Below are positions 49,355 to 63,649 of a stretch of 64,000 bases of DNA, piece by piece. This stretch comes from Octopus sinensis (lineage: Eukaryota): assembly GCF_006345805.1 (NCBI RefSeq), contig NC_043002.1:2790001-2854000 (forward strand), in the 5' to 3' direction. The notes beneath the pieces are model-generated. The model was not told the origin of the DNA and made no database searches. It was given only the letters and a program-made list of their open reading frames with translations. Each line of letters opens with the position of its first letter. Position 1 is the stretch's first letter. Made by a program: the position numbers and the translations under genes.

Positions 49355-49682
49355 GTGGCATCTTGGGCAAGTGTCTTCTGCTATAGCCCCGGGCCGACCA
49401 ATGCCTTGTGAGTGGATTTGGTAGACGGAAACTGAAAGAAGCCTGTCGTATATATGTATATATAAGAGTGTGTGTGTATGTTTGTGTGTCTGTGTTTATC
49501 CTCCTAGCATTGCTTGACAACCGATGCTGGTGTGTTTACGTCCCCGTCACTTAGCGGTTCAACAAAAGAGACCGATAGAATAAGTACTGGGCTTACAAAG
49601 AATAAGTCCCGGGGTCGATTTGCTCGACTAAAGGCGGTGCTCCAGCATGGCTGCAGTCAAATGACTGAAACAAGTAAAAGAG
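49355..49682 (+). mobile_element. SINE family S1 lacking its head
   Basis: TGGCATCTTGGGCAAGTGTCTTC..CAAGTAAAAG matches 16770-17098. Confidence 0.85.
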
Positions 49683-51609
49683 AGAGAGAGAAGACAAGAC
49701 TTAAATGGCGGAAGAGGCATACATGCCTCCTGTTCTTGCCTCTCTTGTAACTTTCCACTGTTATATGGAACATAATAATGTTCCTTGGTCCTGAAAATTC
49801 CTAAATAAAGTAAATGAGTGGAGCGGGGCTTTGTAGTGTTTATGCCTCTCTGACAGAATTAACAAGCGGAAGTGAAATATCTTCGATCTACTTTCGAGGG
49901 TGAGTCGGGAAGTTGGCTCACTTGACGTCACTTCAGGCTGTTTGTCTTCACTGCATAAAAGTAGAATTTATAAAAGATATCAACAAAAAAAGGTCGGTTT
50001 TATACGTTTCCGATGCCTAACCTTAAAACAATCTCAATTAATTTCCATCATCTCATCTCTCTGTCACCAGACAATTTATCTGATTTTAAGTATTTCACAA
50101 CGATCGAACTGTACTATTTATTTAAAATTCAATTTCTTGTGATTTACGAATAGATTTCTTTCTTTAGAGGTCAAAGCGCTGTATAACCTGATTCTTCGAC
50201 AATTTCCTGCAACGTCAATCTTTGATGCGTGTTAACGTACAGAGATGCGTAGCCAAGTTCAATTTAGGCTGACGAGATTCAGAAACCGTTCTGCGTCCTT
50301 CCATTCACCATAATTGAAAGAAACATCTCCCATTCAACATTCCGACGCCATTAATATGAGATTCATGACAAAGAAAACATCAATAGTCAGTAAAGCTGAG
50401 TGGCTTTATAAACAATCACTTTGTCCAGTCTTATGACCGGAAGTAGTCAGTTGAAAGGCTACGATGCCAAGGGATTGTTTTCTAGTTCTGCTGCATTGTC
50501 TTCCATTAATATTATTTCTTTAGATTATTGTTCAAATGTCTCCTGCAAGTACACTAGGCTGATTATTGCATCAACGCGCCTGAATCCTGCCTTCTTTTGT
50601 TTGTGACAACCAGTTTCTTTTAATATCGGCCATGTCCCACGCAGTTCGTTCATCTATTAAACCCTTGCTTTATTATAATTCTTAGAGATATTCACCTTTT
50701 TCACCCTTTCAAACCAAATATGCAAGAAAACGTATGCTTGGGGAAATATTCTTTTCATTTGACAGATTTTGTTGTATGGAAATGAATAAGATAAAAATAC
50801 GCTGTAAGGCCAGAATCAAACTCTCGTTGGGACGAGAAGTTGACGTGACTTTGATCTATGAATCAAGCCATTTCACTAGAATTACTCTTCTCAACAGACC
50901 GCAGATACTACACAGAGTATTCTACGTTATCAAACGGAATCAATACTTCCCGTCACAAGTGCGAGAGATGGCTGAGACAGTAAAACACCGAAGTAACTCG
51001 AATTTGATTATGTTTCGAGTTCAAATCCTATCAAAGTTGCTACTGATTTTTTTAAAGAGAATCTCGTTCATGATACAAAATAATCGCTTCTGTTGTTGAC
51101 ATGGACGTAGCCATTGGACTGACGAGACTAGTAAAATCTTCATCATTGTGTCATGAATCTGAGGTCATCTTGTGTGACCCGGTCTCTCCGGAATCATTCT
51201 GATGGTGCAATTGCTCCCTCAACAAATCAAGCGAATGAACATTATCTAATCCCTTCTTGATTTCACGCAATTTAAAGCAGTCACAAGCAAGCCACAACTA
51301 ATTTAACGACACGATTTTACTGCTAATTTCTGCGTGTGCCTTTAACAGACAGAATCAGTGAGACACAGTGGGTAGCAAGTCTGTACTCTTAGAATTACGA
51401 ATACAGTCTGCCTTTTGGGATTCTATACAGTTTCCATTTACCCAATTGCATTCATAAGGCAACGGTCGACGCTAGGTTATACAAAATGGCGTATTTCCAA
51501 GATGCCACGAAGCGAACTTCGTAACCATTTCGTCAGAGAAAGAGGAGAAACGAATAGAAAACTATCGAAAACACTAATGTGCACGCACACACACGCACAC
51601 GCACACAGC

Positions 51610-51713
<104 letters not shown>

Positions 51714-51797
51714 GTGTGTACATATGTATGTATGTATGTATGCATGTATGTATGTATGCATGTATGTATGTGTGTGTGTGTGAGTCTGTGTGTCTGT

Positions 51798-51833
<36 letters not shown>

Positions 51834-52264
51834 AATCAACTACCATTCACCGCATCAGTTGATTATATTCGTCGCATAAACAAAAAACTGCTGCTGGAGA
51901 TTGTGAAGGGGAAGATTTTCCTATCGGCTCTGAACACTGCTGACTCTGAACATAAACACCGGCTTCAATACAATCCAAGAGGTGCCTGGAGATTTTGAAG
52001 AGATGGAGGCACAGGTGGCATTCGATAGAAACCTTAGAAACCGCGATGATGTTTGCGAAGACATTAACTGAGGACGACCGATTGTTTTTATAAACAGATT
52101 TGCTGGATATTTATCACTAATTAGCCTTTAATAGCTTTGCACCTCGCCTCCTTAAAGGCGGGGTGGGGCGTTGTGTGTACTGAAGCATTGGTTCCCTAGT
52201 TTAGAAGCGTGTGTATAGATATATGCTTACATACACCCACACTCATGTATACACACACACACAC

Positions 52265-52332
<68 letters not shown>

Positions 52333-53515
52333 ATTATATACATATATAAAAACATATATATATATGTGTATTATATGTATATATATATATATATATATAA
52401 TATATATATATTATTATATATATATATATATATATATATATTCATACATACCACACCACACACATATGTATATTTTTGTGTGTCTGTGTGTTGGGAGAGA
52501 GAAAGAGAGATAGTGTGAGGGGGATATGAAAGAATTTCGGGTAAAACATGCCATATGTTTGCTACCAGAAGTTGTTTAGAGTTTAGGAATTAATTCTTCT
52601 CTCCATTGATGCATAGACGATATCCACAGAGCTGTAACCAAATCCTTGACATCTGCTGCAGCCAGTTTAGAAATGGGGGCCTTCCGCTACATCTGCATCT
52701 CATACTGCTGCTAAATATATCTGGGCCAGGCTGACAATAATTGCATTGGAAGATCATATATGCACTCAAATGTGCGTGCGTTTGTGTGTCTGTGAGTGTC
52801 TGTGTGTTTGTAAGTGTGTGCGTGTGTATGTGTGTGTGCGTAAGATTCATCACTACAAGTCATTAAATAGCATTTCTTATAGTCTTCGTAGATTATTCAG
52901 TTTATTCTGTCTTGTAACATACACACGTCTCAAAATAGGGGCCGTTTAAAGGGTTGGCATCTATTAACTCCCCACCATGAGGTAAAGAATAACAACTGAA
53001 CATTCTGGAAGTCTCACGTCACTCTTTTATACCGTTACCATTTTGGTTCCATCTCCGAACTATAAGCCTTTGTCTCATCTGCTGTGGCCCACCAAATTAT
53101 ATTTCTCCGTCCTTTCGTCTTCTTTATTTTGACTTAACCCAATCAAACCCTCTTCTAAATATTTAATTCAAACTTTCTTCCTGTCGAACTAGAACCCGTA
53201 ACAGCTTCCTTCCTGTCTCCACGGAACCTCTGTAGAATAGCAGCCGTATGGATGGCATTGGCGTCAACAAGTCTTCCAATGGCCGTAGCATCTGCTTTCC
53301 TCCCGCCAATGAATGGTTGGAGAATTCATGGCTTAAACATAGAACAGAAAGTCCAGCTGGTTCGTTGTGTCTTGCCAATGGCTTCCTTTGAGTATTTGGC
53401 TCGGGAGAAAATCGACCATGCGATAAAATGGTTAAAACAATCAGGTATACGGAGACCTTTTTGTCGTGAAGTCGTCCTTAATCCCTACAAAATGCATGCT
53501 TTCATGTATGTAAGA

Positions 53516-53805
53516 TATCACGGTATCGACCAGATTATCAGGTGTTGTCGTATATCACTGGTCACAATGCGCTTTGCATTGTTTTTAGCTTTCAAATGAT
53601 GCCACTCCGCTGCCTAGGTGAGCAGGCCAACTTTTCCCCTTGATCGAAGGGCCATCCCGTCGCAGGGAGACCCGCTAACAGTTGAGTGGACTGGAGCAAC
53701 GTGAAATGAAGTGCTTTGCTCAGGAACACAACGTGCCGCCCGGTCTGGGGATCGAAACCATGATCCAGCGATCATGAGTGCAATACCCTAAACCCTAGGC
53801 TATGC
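53516..53805 (-). mobile_element. tRNA-derived SINE (S3 head with the 27315-type tail)
   Basis: 53690-53805 resembles the 34084 head; 53516-53630 resembles 27480-27597. Confidence 0.75.
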
Positions 53806-53821
53806 ATCTTGACATGTGATA

Positions 53822-53857
<36 letters not shown>

Positions 53858-54623
53858 TGCATGTATGTATGTATGTATGTATGTATGCATGTATGTATGT
53901 ATGTATGTATGTATGTATGTAGAAGGTTGAAAAGTAACACGCGAGTTGCTATGTATAAAGAAATACGACAAGATAGAAAATGCTAAAATAATCTTATCAC
54001 GAAGAACATTTCAGTACCGGTTTCCTTCTTCACGACTTTTTCACGAATATTTAATATTTCTTCAGATCTGCTACTACCTACCCACCTACCTACCGAGCTT
54101 TCACAAAAGTAAAAAAAAAAAATAAAAAAAAAAAAACAGACAGAAAAAAAGGAAAATGTCCCAAGTATTTGAAAACTATGGAAATATTTTCGAAAAAACG
54201 TTTCATTTAATTTTTCCACAATTTAATTGTTTTTCATGCGAAGACTGAAACCGGTACTAAAATGTTCTTCATGATAAAATTATTTTAGCATTTTCTACCT
54301 TGTCCTATTTACCTTATATATAGAGAGAGGGAGGGAGAGGGGAGACAAAGAAAGAGAAGAAGAGACAGACAGACAGACAGACAAGCAGTGTGTGACGGGG
54401 TTCCTGTTTGTGTTTGTTAAGTGCTAAGATGAAATGATAAGTATTGCACGAAACCTGTCTGCAATCTAGTTTTTGTTTCGCTGTTAAATTCACGTTCATT
54501 TCAGCAGAGAATGCCCCTGAGAGCAACATCAAAGTTATAATTCCTATTCCCCGTATCTGAAACTCTGATATTACACGCCTATATAATAAAATCTTCTTAA
54601 ATTTATGCCAAACTGTGTGTGGA

Positions 54624-54688
<65 letters not shown>

Positions 54689-55699
54689 TGCGTGAGTCTG
54701 CGTGTGTGGTGTTGGTGAATTAAGAAAGGCAATAAAATTTATCTTCAACTCAAACTGTTCCCATTCTGGAACACGTTTAACCAACCAAAATAGAAAGTAC
54801 TTAACACCAATAGGAACCACTTCTCTCTGAGACCTACACTTGTTTGTCAGAGTTTTATTTTAACTATGGAAGATTATTGAAATTAACTCCAGAGATTAAA
54901 TCCAGTCTTGTAAACCCGACACCTTTCACAGGTTTTTTTAATATTTTTTATGTTTTTGTTTTTCTCTCAGAATAGAGAAAGAGTCGAGTTTTCTCCCGGG
55001 AAACGAAGGCACGGACTTTATGATGTCGCTGCTGTTCTAATTCTTGTCCACGTGTCGCGCGATAATGCAATCCTGTGTACTTGTCTCATATTTCCTTTTA
55101 GAAACATTTCCTATTTATTATTTTAGATATTTATTTGTGAAACGAAATGTATCGTACACAGGAGAATAGATGAGCCCTGACCAAGTGAAACATTAATACA
55201 CACACACACACACACAGAATTTAGGACGAAAACGTTTGCGGCTATTCAGGAAATGAATGTGTATTTTGTTTTAAATATAATCTCAACTTTGAATTGTCTT
55301 GGAGAAGTAGAATGGTGGAAATGCTAACATTGCTAAATCCAGTTGTCTTTGTTGTGAATATGCTGAGGACATGTCAAGAGAATTGGTTGAATATCCGCCA
55401 TGGTTATTGAGAAATCAAAGAATCAGCAAATGAGACGAGAACTTTTGAAATCCATTTATTAAATAAAAACACTTCGATTCAACGGCGACCGCATTCACAA
55501 ACACGTCATGTCAATAGACGTGAGTAGATATAACTTATCCAACCTGGATATCGATTCGAATGTTTGTAAATACATCAAAAGTACAGCACACGATGTGTGG
55601 TTTAAGTGAGGAAAGACTCCACCGCCAATCTAAAGTCTTGAAATCCCCAACAAAAGAAATCAGCGAGCATGTTTCGAATCCTGGCAGTTCTTATCTCAC

Positions 55700-55739
<40 letters not shown>

Positions 55740-55972
55740 GGTGGTGGTGGTGGTGGTGGTGGTGGTGGTGGTGGTGGTGGTGGTGGTGGTGTGGTGGTGG
55801 TGGCGGCGACGGCGGCGACGGCGGCGACGGCGGCGGTGGTGGCGGCGGCGGTGGTGGCGGCGGCGGCGGTGGTGGTGGTGGTGGTGCTGGTGGTGGTGGT
55901 GGTGGTGGTTGTGGTGGTGGTGGTGTGGTGGTGGTGGTGTGGTGGTGGTGCTGGTGCTGGTGCTGATGGTAA
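55700..55972. repeat. (TAG)n to (GGT)n/(GGC)n G-rich microsatellite
   Basis: Directly visible. G-quadruplex potential is inferred. Confidence 0.95.
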
Positions 55973-56044
55973 TTGAAGGGCGAAGGTGATGGGGTTTCCT
56001 CGAAAGAAGTTGTCCACCTCAAAGATCAGCAATTGAAATGATTT

Positions 56045-56240
56045 CGTGCCAAGACGTTGCTGTGGATTGGTAGAATTCTCTGCGAGATTGCAGCTTTTCC
56101 TTCTGACCCTTTATGTCCTGAGTTCAAACCCCGCTGAGTTTATCTTCAGTTTCAATCGTTCAGAGATCGAAATCAATCAAGTGTTGGAGATCGATTCCAT
56201 CGCCTGCCTCTCCCCTAAAATCGTGGGCCCCGTGCCTAAA
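56045..56240 (+). mobile_element. SINE family S2, degraded
   Basis: GAGTTCAAACCCCGCTGAG..ATCGATTC..GGGCCCCGTGCCTA. Confidence 0.55.
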
Positions 56241-56838
56241 AGAACTATTCATTCGTACCAGGTCCTTCCAGAAAGATGATCAATAGCTTCTCAACCATGA
56301 CCATTCTGTCAGATTTTCAAATATAAGTCTATCTTAGATTACATCATTCAATATGCCTTTCCTTACTTAATACGGAAGTATGTGATTGAGGGAAGATTTG
56401 TTTGCTATTTCTAGCAAATCTATTTACACTTAGAGATCACCAGTATCAACGATCAGTCTTCGTTTCTCTTGGAATTCTCCACACAGTTCTAACAAGGGGA
56501 GCTTCCCTTCAGCTTCCTCAATGGAATTTTCTTGCCTTTGAAATTCTTCGATCGTTTTTAAGCGACGCCTAAAACGACGGCGGAGGCTTCTCCGGGTTGA
56601 CACCGGAAACGGCAAAACAACGAAACGGCCGTAAAACATATTCGCAGATTATCGGCGACTGAAACCAGATACATATCCCAGCCCCTACTTAGGCGCGAAA
56701 TACAGGACTCTCTCGCCCCGTGTGCGTGTGCGCGCGTGTCCCTTTCTCTCTGTCTGTCTCTCTATTTCGTGTATTCTCTTCCTCTCATCCTTCCACTCTC
56801 GATATCTTTCATCTTACTTTCTACCTAGCTTGATATTT

Positions 56839-56876
<38 letters not shown>

Positions 56877-57113
56877 CATGATATATGTGCCTGTGGTCAT
56901 ATATCATATCGTTTCCCCATGAAACCCTTCGTTCAAACAGGATCTGGCTCTGAGGTCGAGAATTCCCGCTGCTTTCTGATATCAACGTCTCGGAACGCGC
57001 AACGTGTTTTAACAGCGACGCAAGCAGCAACTGAGAACCTTTCATTTGATTTAGATTTAGATTTGATTTCCGGTGCGCATGTGTGTGTGTGTGTGTATAA
57101 ATTCATATGTATT

Positions 57114-57144
<31 letters not shown>

Positions 57145-58034
57145 TTATATTTTTGTATGTGTGTGTGTATATATATTTATATTTATGTATGTGTGTGTGT
57201 AAATTCATATGTATTTGTGTGTGTGTGTGTGTATGTGTATATATATATATATATTTATATTTATGTATGTGTGTGTGTGTATATATATATTTATATTTAT
57301 ATATGTGTGTGTGTGTATGTGTATATATATATATTTATATTTATGTATGTATGTGTGTAAATTCATAAGTATTTGTGCGTGTGTGTGTGTGCGTGTATAT
57401 ATATATATATTTATGTATGTGTGTGTGTGTGTGTATATATGTGTGAGTGTAAGTGCGGAGTATATGTGTATATATTTGTATATATATGCATGTGTCTATG
57501 TGCATATATGTGCATGTGTATAAATATATGTGTGTGTGTATAATTTATATATGTGTGTGTATATATGTGTATATGTGTGTGTGCACGTGTATATTTGAGT
57601 GTAAATTTATATGTGTATGTATATGTGTGTGTGTGTGCGGAGTATATGTGTACATATGTATATATATGTGCATATGTAAATGTGTATGTGCGAGTATATA
57701 TATATATATATATATGTCTATGTATGTGCATGTAAATATATATGCCTGCGTGCATGAGTATGTATGTGTGTGTATGTGCGTGTCTATAGATTTGTGTATG
57801 TGTGTGTATATATACGTATGCGTGTGCCTATATATGTGTCCATGAGCATGTATACGTATGTGTGTGTGTATGTGTGCATAAATATATGTGTGTGTATTTG
57901 TGTGCATAAATATGTGTGTGTACATAAATGTGTGTGTGTGTGTGTGTGTGTGTGTTCATATTGGTGTGTTTACTGGATCCCGTAACCATGACAATGTTGG
58001 AAATTTCAAGAGAAACATTTTATTACATTTTTTT

Positions 58035-58215
58035 ATCGTTTACTTGTTTTAGCCATTAGACTGCGGCCATGCTGGGGCACCGCCTTCAACAATTTTGCAG
58101 CCGAAAGAATCGAGCTCAGGACTTATTCTTTTAAGCCTCTTATTCTATCGGGGTTTTTTTGCCGAGCCTCCAAATTACGGGGACGTAAACACACCGACAC
58201 CGGTTGTAAGTGGTG
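58035..58215 (-). mobile_element. SINE family S1, 3' part
   Basis: CTGCGGCCATGCTGGGGCACCGCC..GGGGACGTAAACACACC. Confidence 0.75.
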
Positions 58216-58696
58216 AGGGTAGCAAACACACACTCAAGCACACACAAACACACCCAGCGCCTGTATAAGGACTTCCTTTATTTCAAATTTTTCCTTCTAC
58301 AATGAAATGTTAACAGTTAATATTACAAGATCCTGGTGTCTGCCGGCAGTATTTAGGTTATGTAGTCGTCTGATATTCGTAGTAAACCTGATAGGGGCGT
58401 TAACGCTTACAGTTTCAGCTTTATATTACTTTGGGGAGGTTGAAATGCCCACAGTTGGATCAAGTAGACATTATTTCAACGTTGGTTTTCTAGAATTTAC
58501 TGAAGGTTGTTCTGTCCATATTATAAACATGCCGGTCCCTTTGTGCCGAAGTCTTCTCGAATTCACTCGGTTTTATTAATGGTCGATTCACTCTTTATCT
58601 CTCGTCTTCATCTATCTCTCTCTGTCTGTCTCGCTCTCCCTCTCTTTCTCGGTCTCTCTCTCCCTCTCTTTCTCGGTCTCTCTCTCGCTCTTGATT

Positions 58697-58749
<53 letters not shown>

Positions 58750-60546
58750 GCGTGCGTGTGTATGAAGGGATGAAGAGTGAGATGTGGAGGAATAGAGCAA
58801 AAAATGAAGGCAGGTTAGAGATAAACAGTTAATCAATCGAAATAGGGTAAATTCGAGATTTTGACACAAAGGGACGGACATGCATGTGGGCATAGGGACA
58901 TTCGTAGGCAAACACACAGGCAGGCAGACACATACATACATACATACATACATACATACACACATGCACACATACATACATACATACATACATACATACA
59001 TACATACATACATACATACATACATACATACATACATACATACATACATACATAGAGAGATTGTTTTGCTTTGTGAGTACAAAACCCAGTGTGTTAACAA
59101 TTTCTATAATCTAATGTTAAGTTTATTTCTATGCGAGAGAAAGATTATTGTTTCGTTACCCAGTGTTTCGTTCGTCCGACTCCTTCTTCGGGTATTATCA
59201 CTGAAAGTGTTCTAAGCGGTAGAAATCGTTACGATTTGCTGTCAATTGTCAGGAATTACTTGAGTGGGGTGCTCCTTACATCTGCCGATCAGTTGGAAAT
59301 GGCTGGGTCATAATTCTTTAAGATTGCAGTAGAGCAGTGACTGATATAGATCTTGTCTGTAAGACAGTAACCACAGCACTTTAATCCCTCCTTAAACACT
59401 GACTCTACCCTAACCCTAACATTGTCTATGAAATGGTAATTTTCTCTGAGTTGTCTTTTGATTTCCAGACATGCTTTCCAAAACGCTGTAGTGTTTTCTA
59501 GATTGCTGTGACAGAATGAACCGTTGTACTTGAGGGATTTACAGTTGAAGGCGAACTCTATAAATCCTATGCGGCTTTCTGATGTTTTTCTTGTTGAAAC
59601 AAATGTCCTGAAATTATACCAATTTCAGGACATTTGACCTTTAAGTGAAGCTCAATATTTTGGCAATTTCATCCCCCCCCCACTCCGTCCTACAATTAAT
59701 TACAAAACGTTTGCATCGTGCCCTTTTATGGCCCTGCACGTATTTCATGCAACAGGTAGTTCATCTCTGCCTTGTTCTGGTTAAAACAAGTAGCAAAACC
59801 AAAGAACTGCCAACGCGAATTTGAAAATCGAAAAGCAGACGAGCGATCCGCCATTGGTAGCATGGAATAAAACACAAGCATTTAGCAGCGAATCATAGAT
59901 TTCTTTTTTTACATGGAAATTTCACCGGAATGACTGTGGTCCGTCTGAGAAATGAGTCCCGCGAGGTGGAGGTGGTTGTTGCAGCGAATGTCACTGGCCA
60001 TTCTCCATGGCAACGCCTTTGCAATCATGTCTACAACATGTGGCTAAGCACACCATTTGTTTCTGGGGTGTGCAACCCGTTACTCACCCCCCCCCCCCAT
60101 CTTCTGCTGCTTAATTCCCATCCCTCTTTTTGTTTTTTCTCCGTTTCCTTGGTGATGTAGTTTTTATTTTTCTCGATAATTTTATCTTTTATATTTTTAA
60201 TGTTTTTATTTTCTTTCTTTTCTTGCGGCAAAAATATGTTGCTAATAAAATTATCCCATTCTTAAATATATAATCTGAATGAATTGCAACGATCTGCATT
60301 GGCCCTTCGTCGGAGCCGCCAAAGAGGATCTGTTCTATACATTACAGACAACACCAGACCCTCAACGACTTACATCCCGCTTGCATCGCTAGAAGACATA
60401 CCCTTCCTTTTTTTTTCCTTTTCAGTTTGCTTACGTCAGGGTTGACTGAAGCAGCGAGAGAATGAAAGCTCAATCCGAAAAGGTTTTCCTATTCCTCTAA
60501 CATAAGTAAACGTATGCATGTGTGTGCGTGTATGTGTGAGTATGTA

Positions 60547-60632
<86 letters not shown>

Positions 60633-60731
60633 CAAAAATGAGGGTGAAAAAATTAGATATTAATTTAATAATACCCTTATTTTAACACCAAGCGACCTAG
60701 CACACTAAACCAGGGAGACAATACATATTTA

Positions 60732-61077
60732 TCCGTAAATATAAGAGAGTTAACGTTACATAGGTTAACTCTAGTGCTAGAAATAGCTCCTCCGGTATAA
60801 TCGCCGACGATACCTCCACATAGAAATAGCACTACTCTCAACGTAAGGAAAGTGAAATACAACTAAAAAGTGGATTAATGTTGTACAATTGTTTCTTTAT
60901 CAACATAATATGCAAATTATACTCACATATTTGTCTATAAATCATCAGCAACATTTGTCATCGATGCAATTTATCAGACCCACACGGGCGACAAGGTATC
61001 ATCGGCGATTATACCGGAGGAGCTATTTCTAGCACTAGAGTTAACCTATGTAACGTTAACTCTCTTATATTTACGGA
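60732..61077. mobile_element. 346-bp MITE with 84-bp TIRs, TA-flanked
   Basis: 60732-60815 is the reverse complement of 60994-61077 with one mismatch. TA on both sides. Confidence 0.85.
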
Positions 61078-61092
61078 TATATATATATATAT

Positions 61093-62260
61093 AGTAGCAG
61101 AGTTACTCGGCGTTGCCCGAGTTACATACAATTGAAGAATTAGACTTTTCTGTTATATTTTCTGTAATGAACTGGAATACCTATGATTCGAATTTCATCA
61201 AAATTGCAGATGAGGGTTATTTCCCTCTTTACACACCCCACAAAAATTGTAATCGTGCCACATGTATCCCTTACTACTGATTCTTATACGCATATTCCAA
61301 AATTCCAGTCTTATTGAACCTGTTAAAAGAATTTTGCTCCGGGAAAATGAAGGTCATGGAGCTCTAAAATATGAGAGTTAACGCCCTTATTGGGGGTGGG
61401 CATCTTAATGTCAACCAGAGAAATTGAATTGTTGAGAATCTTTTTAACTTGGGTCTTATATCTATTGTTGGAATTGACAATTTATGCAGCACATTGCAGA
61501 AATCACAATCTAAGTGTATGTCAAAGCAAACTCTTACACTGTTGTACAATTGAATTACAAATAATGCTCATCTTCTATGCTCGGATGACCCCACAGCTTC
61601 CAAGAGTACAACTATTAGATAAAATGACAAAATGGTGGGTGTTAAGTCCCCATGAAGAGGTCTTTCTAACTTGTAAGAAGATGAAATTTTATAAATATTA
61701 CTTCATTTGTATCTAATATGTATGGTTAAAATTTCATCAACGGCAAAAATATATGAATTGCCATGGGGGTTGTGGTCCTTATACATAGAATATAATTTCC
61801 AAATTTCGTAAAGATCCATTCAGTACTTTTGACTTAGTTTTGGATCATAAAAGAAATGACTAAAATTTGAAAGTTAAGGCCCCTATTAGTGTGTCTTAGA
61901 ATCCTCATATGAAGTGGAAACTTTGAGAATACTTCTTGATGTGTGTCAATTACCCATGGTTAAAATTTCATCAACATCGAAAATTTATGAATTTTCATGG
62001 GGGTTCTGCCCCCTTTAAGCCATCTGAAATTCAAACCAAACATATTGCATTATACCCGCCCTTATGCATTGAATCTAAGTTTCAAATATCATAAGGATCC
62101 ATTCAGAAATTTTGGTCCATGAAATTTTATGAAACACACAGCATTACCCTTCTCCTTGGGCTTCGATTTTGTGTGACAAATTTCATTATGATCGGTGCAG
62201 CAGTTTTCGAATGTATAAGTAATACACGAACACATAAAGACATTGTCTTTGATATGATAA
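61093..62260 (+). mobile_element. Helentron-associated non-autonomous (DINE/HINE-like) element
   Basis: 5' TAGCAGAG-TTACTCGGCGTTGCCCGAG hairpin, repeated AAATTTCATCAA blocks, 3' AAATTTCATTATGATCGG..AGTTTTCGA followed by a (TA)n tail. Confidence 0.6.
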
Positions 62261-62311
62261 ATATGAATGTACACATATACATTCATGTATATATATGTTT
62301 GTGTGTGTGTA

Positions 62312-62396
<85 letters not shown>

Positions 62397-62439
62397 AAGA
62401 TAAATTGGTAGATACAACTGAATGGGCAAACAAAAATAT

Positions 62440-62605
62440 GAGACACAGCGTAGTGCTTTTTTATGTTGATAAGCCTGGTACTTATTCTATTAGTTTCTTC
62501 TTGTGAAACCAGTAAGTTATGGGGATGTAAATAAACGAACAGCAGTCGTGAAACAGTGATGAGGGTGAAACACAGAAACAAATTCACACACATACACTTA
62601 AATAT

Positions 62606-62642
<37 letters not shown>

Positions 62643-62684
62643 ATTGATTTCTTTAAGTTTCTGTCTACGAAATCCATATATATG

Positions 62685-62719
<35 letters not shown>

Positions 62720-62731
62720 CATGTATGTATG

Positions 62732-62763
<32 letters not shown>

Positions 62764-63175
62764 TGTATGTATGTATGTATAAACACGCACACACACACAA
62801 AAATAAATTGTGAGGGCAAACAAAAATATGAGATACTGCCTAGTGGGTTTTTTTTTTATTTTGATAAGCCTGGTACTTATTCTATCAGTTTCTTCATGTG
62901 AAACCAGAAAGTTATGGGGATGTAAGTAAACGAACACCAGTTGTGAGGCAGTGATGAGGGAGAAACATAAAGACACACACACAGACTTACATATATACAT
63001 ACATATATATACAATTGATTTCTTTCTGTTTCTGTCTACAAAATCCACTGACAAGGCTTTGGTTAGTCTGAGGCTATAGCAGAAGACACATGCCAAGTCA
63101 CCACACAGTGGGACTGAACTGAGGACCATGTGTTTTGGAACCAAGTTTGTTACCACACAGCCACACCTGCACCTA
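62440..63175 (-). mobile_element. SINE family S1 with locally duplicated 3' half
   Basis: 62425-62680 and 62815-63050 are diverged direct repeats. The head lies at ~63050-63175. Confidence 0.75.
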
Positions 63176-63649
63176 TGTATGTGTGTGTGTGTGTGTATGT
63201 ATGTATGGGTGTATATATGTATGCATGTGTATATGTGAATATATATGTGTACATATTACATGTACATCTATATATATGTACATCTACACATATAGATGTA
63301 TACATATACATCTATATGTATAGAAATAAATGTATGCATATACAGTTATACACACATACACACACACACATACATAGGTGCAGGTGTGGCTATGTGGTAA
63401 CAAACTTTGTTCCAAAACACATGGTCCTGGGTTTAAATTTAAATTTAAAATAATAAGGGTGAGAATTTATATGTTAATGTCATTAATATGAATTGAAAAC
63501 CAGTGGTGTAGCATATAAGACCATAGCGGATCTTCTTCTAGCAAAATGGATGTCCACTGTTAATGGTTCATCCCTCTTATATAATAGTTTAACTTTAATA
63601 GTTTCAGTATTAAAGTGAAAGTATCTGACATTACAATAGAGATGTTTTT

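Noticed and set aside
60804-60835. CCGACGA..GAAA inside the MITE
   Set aside because: No stem I or II pairing and no U16.1, so it is a chance match.
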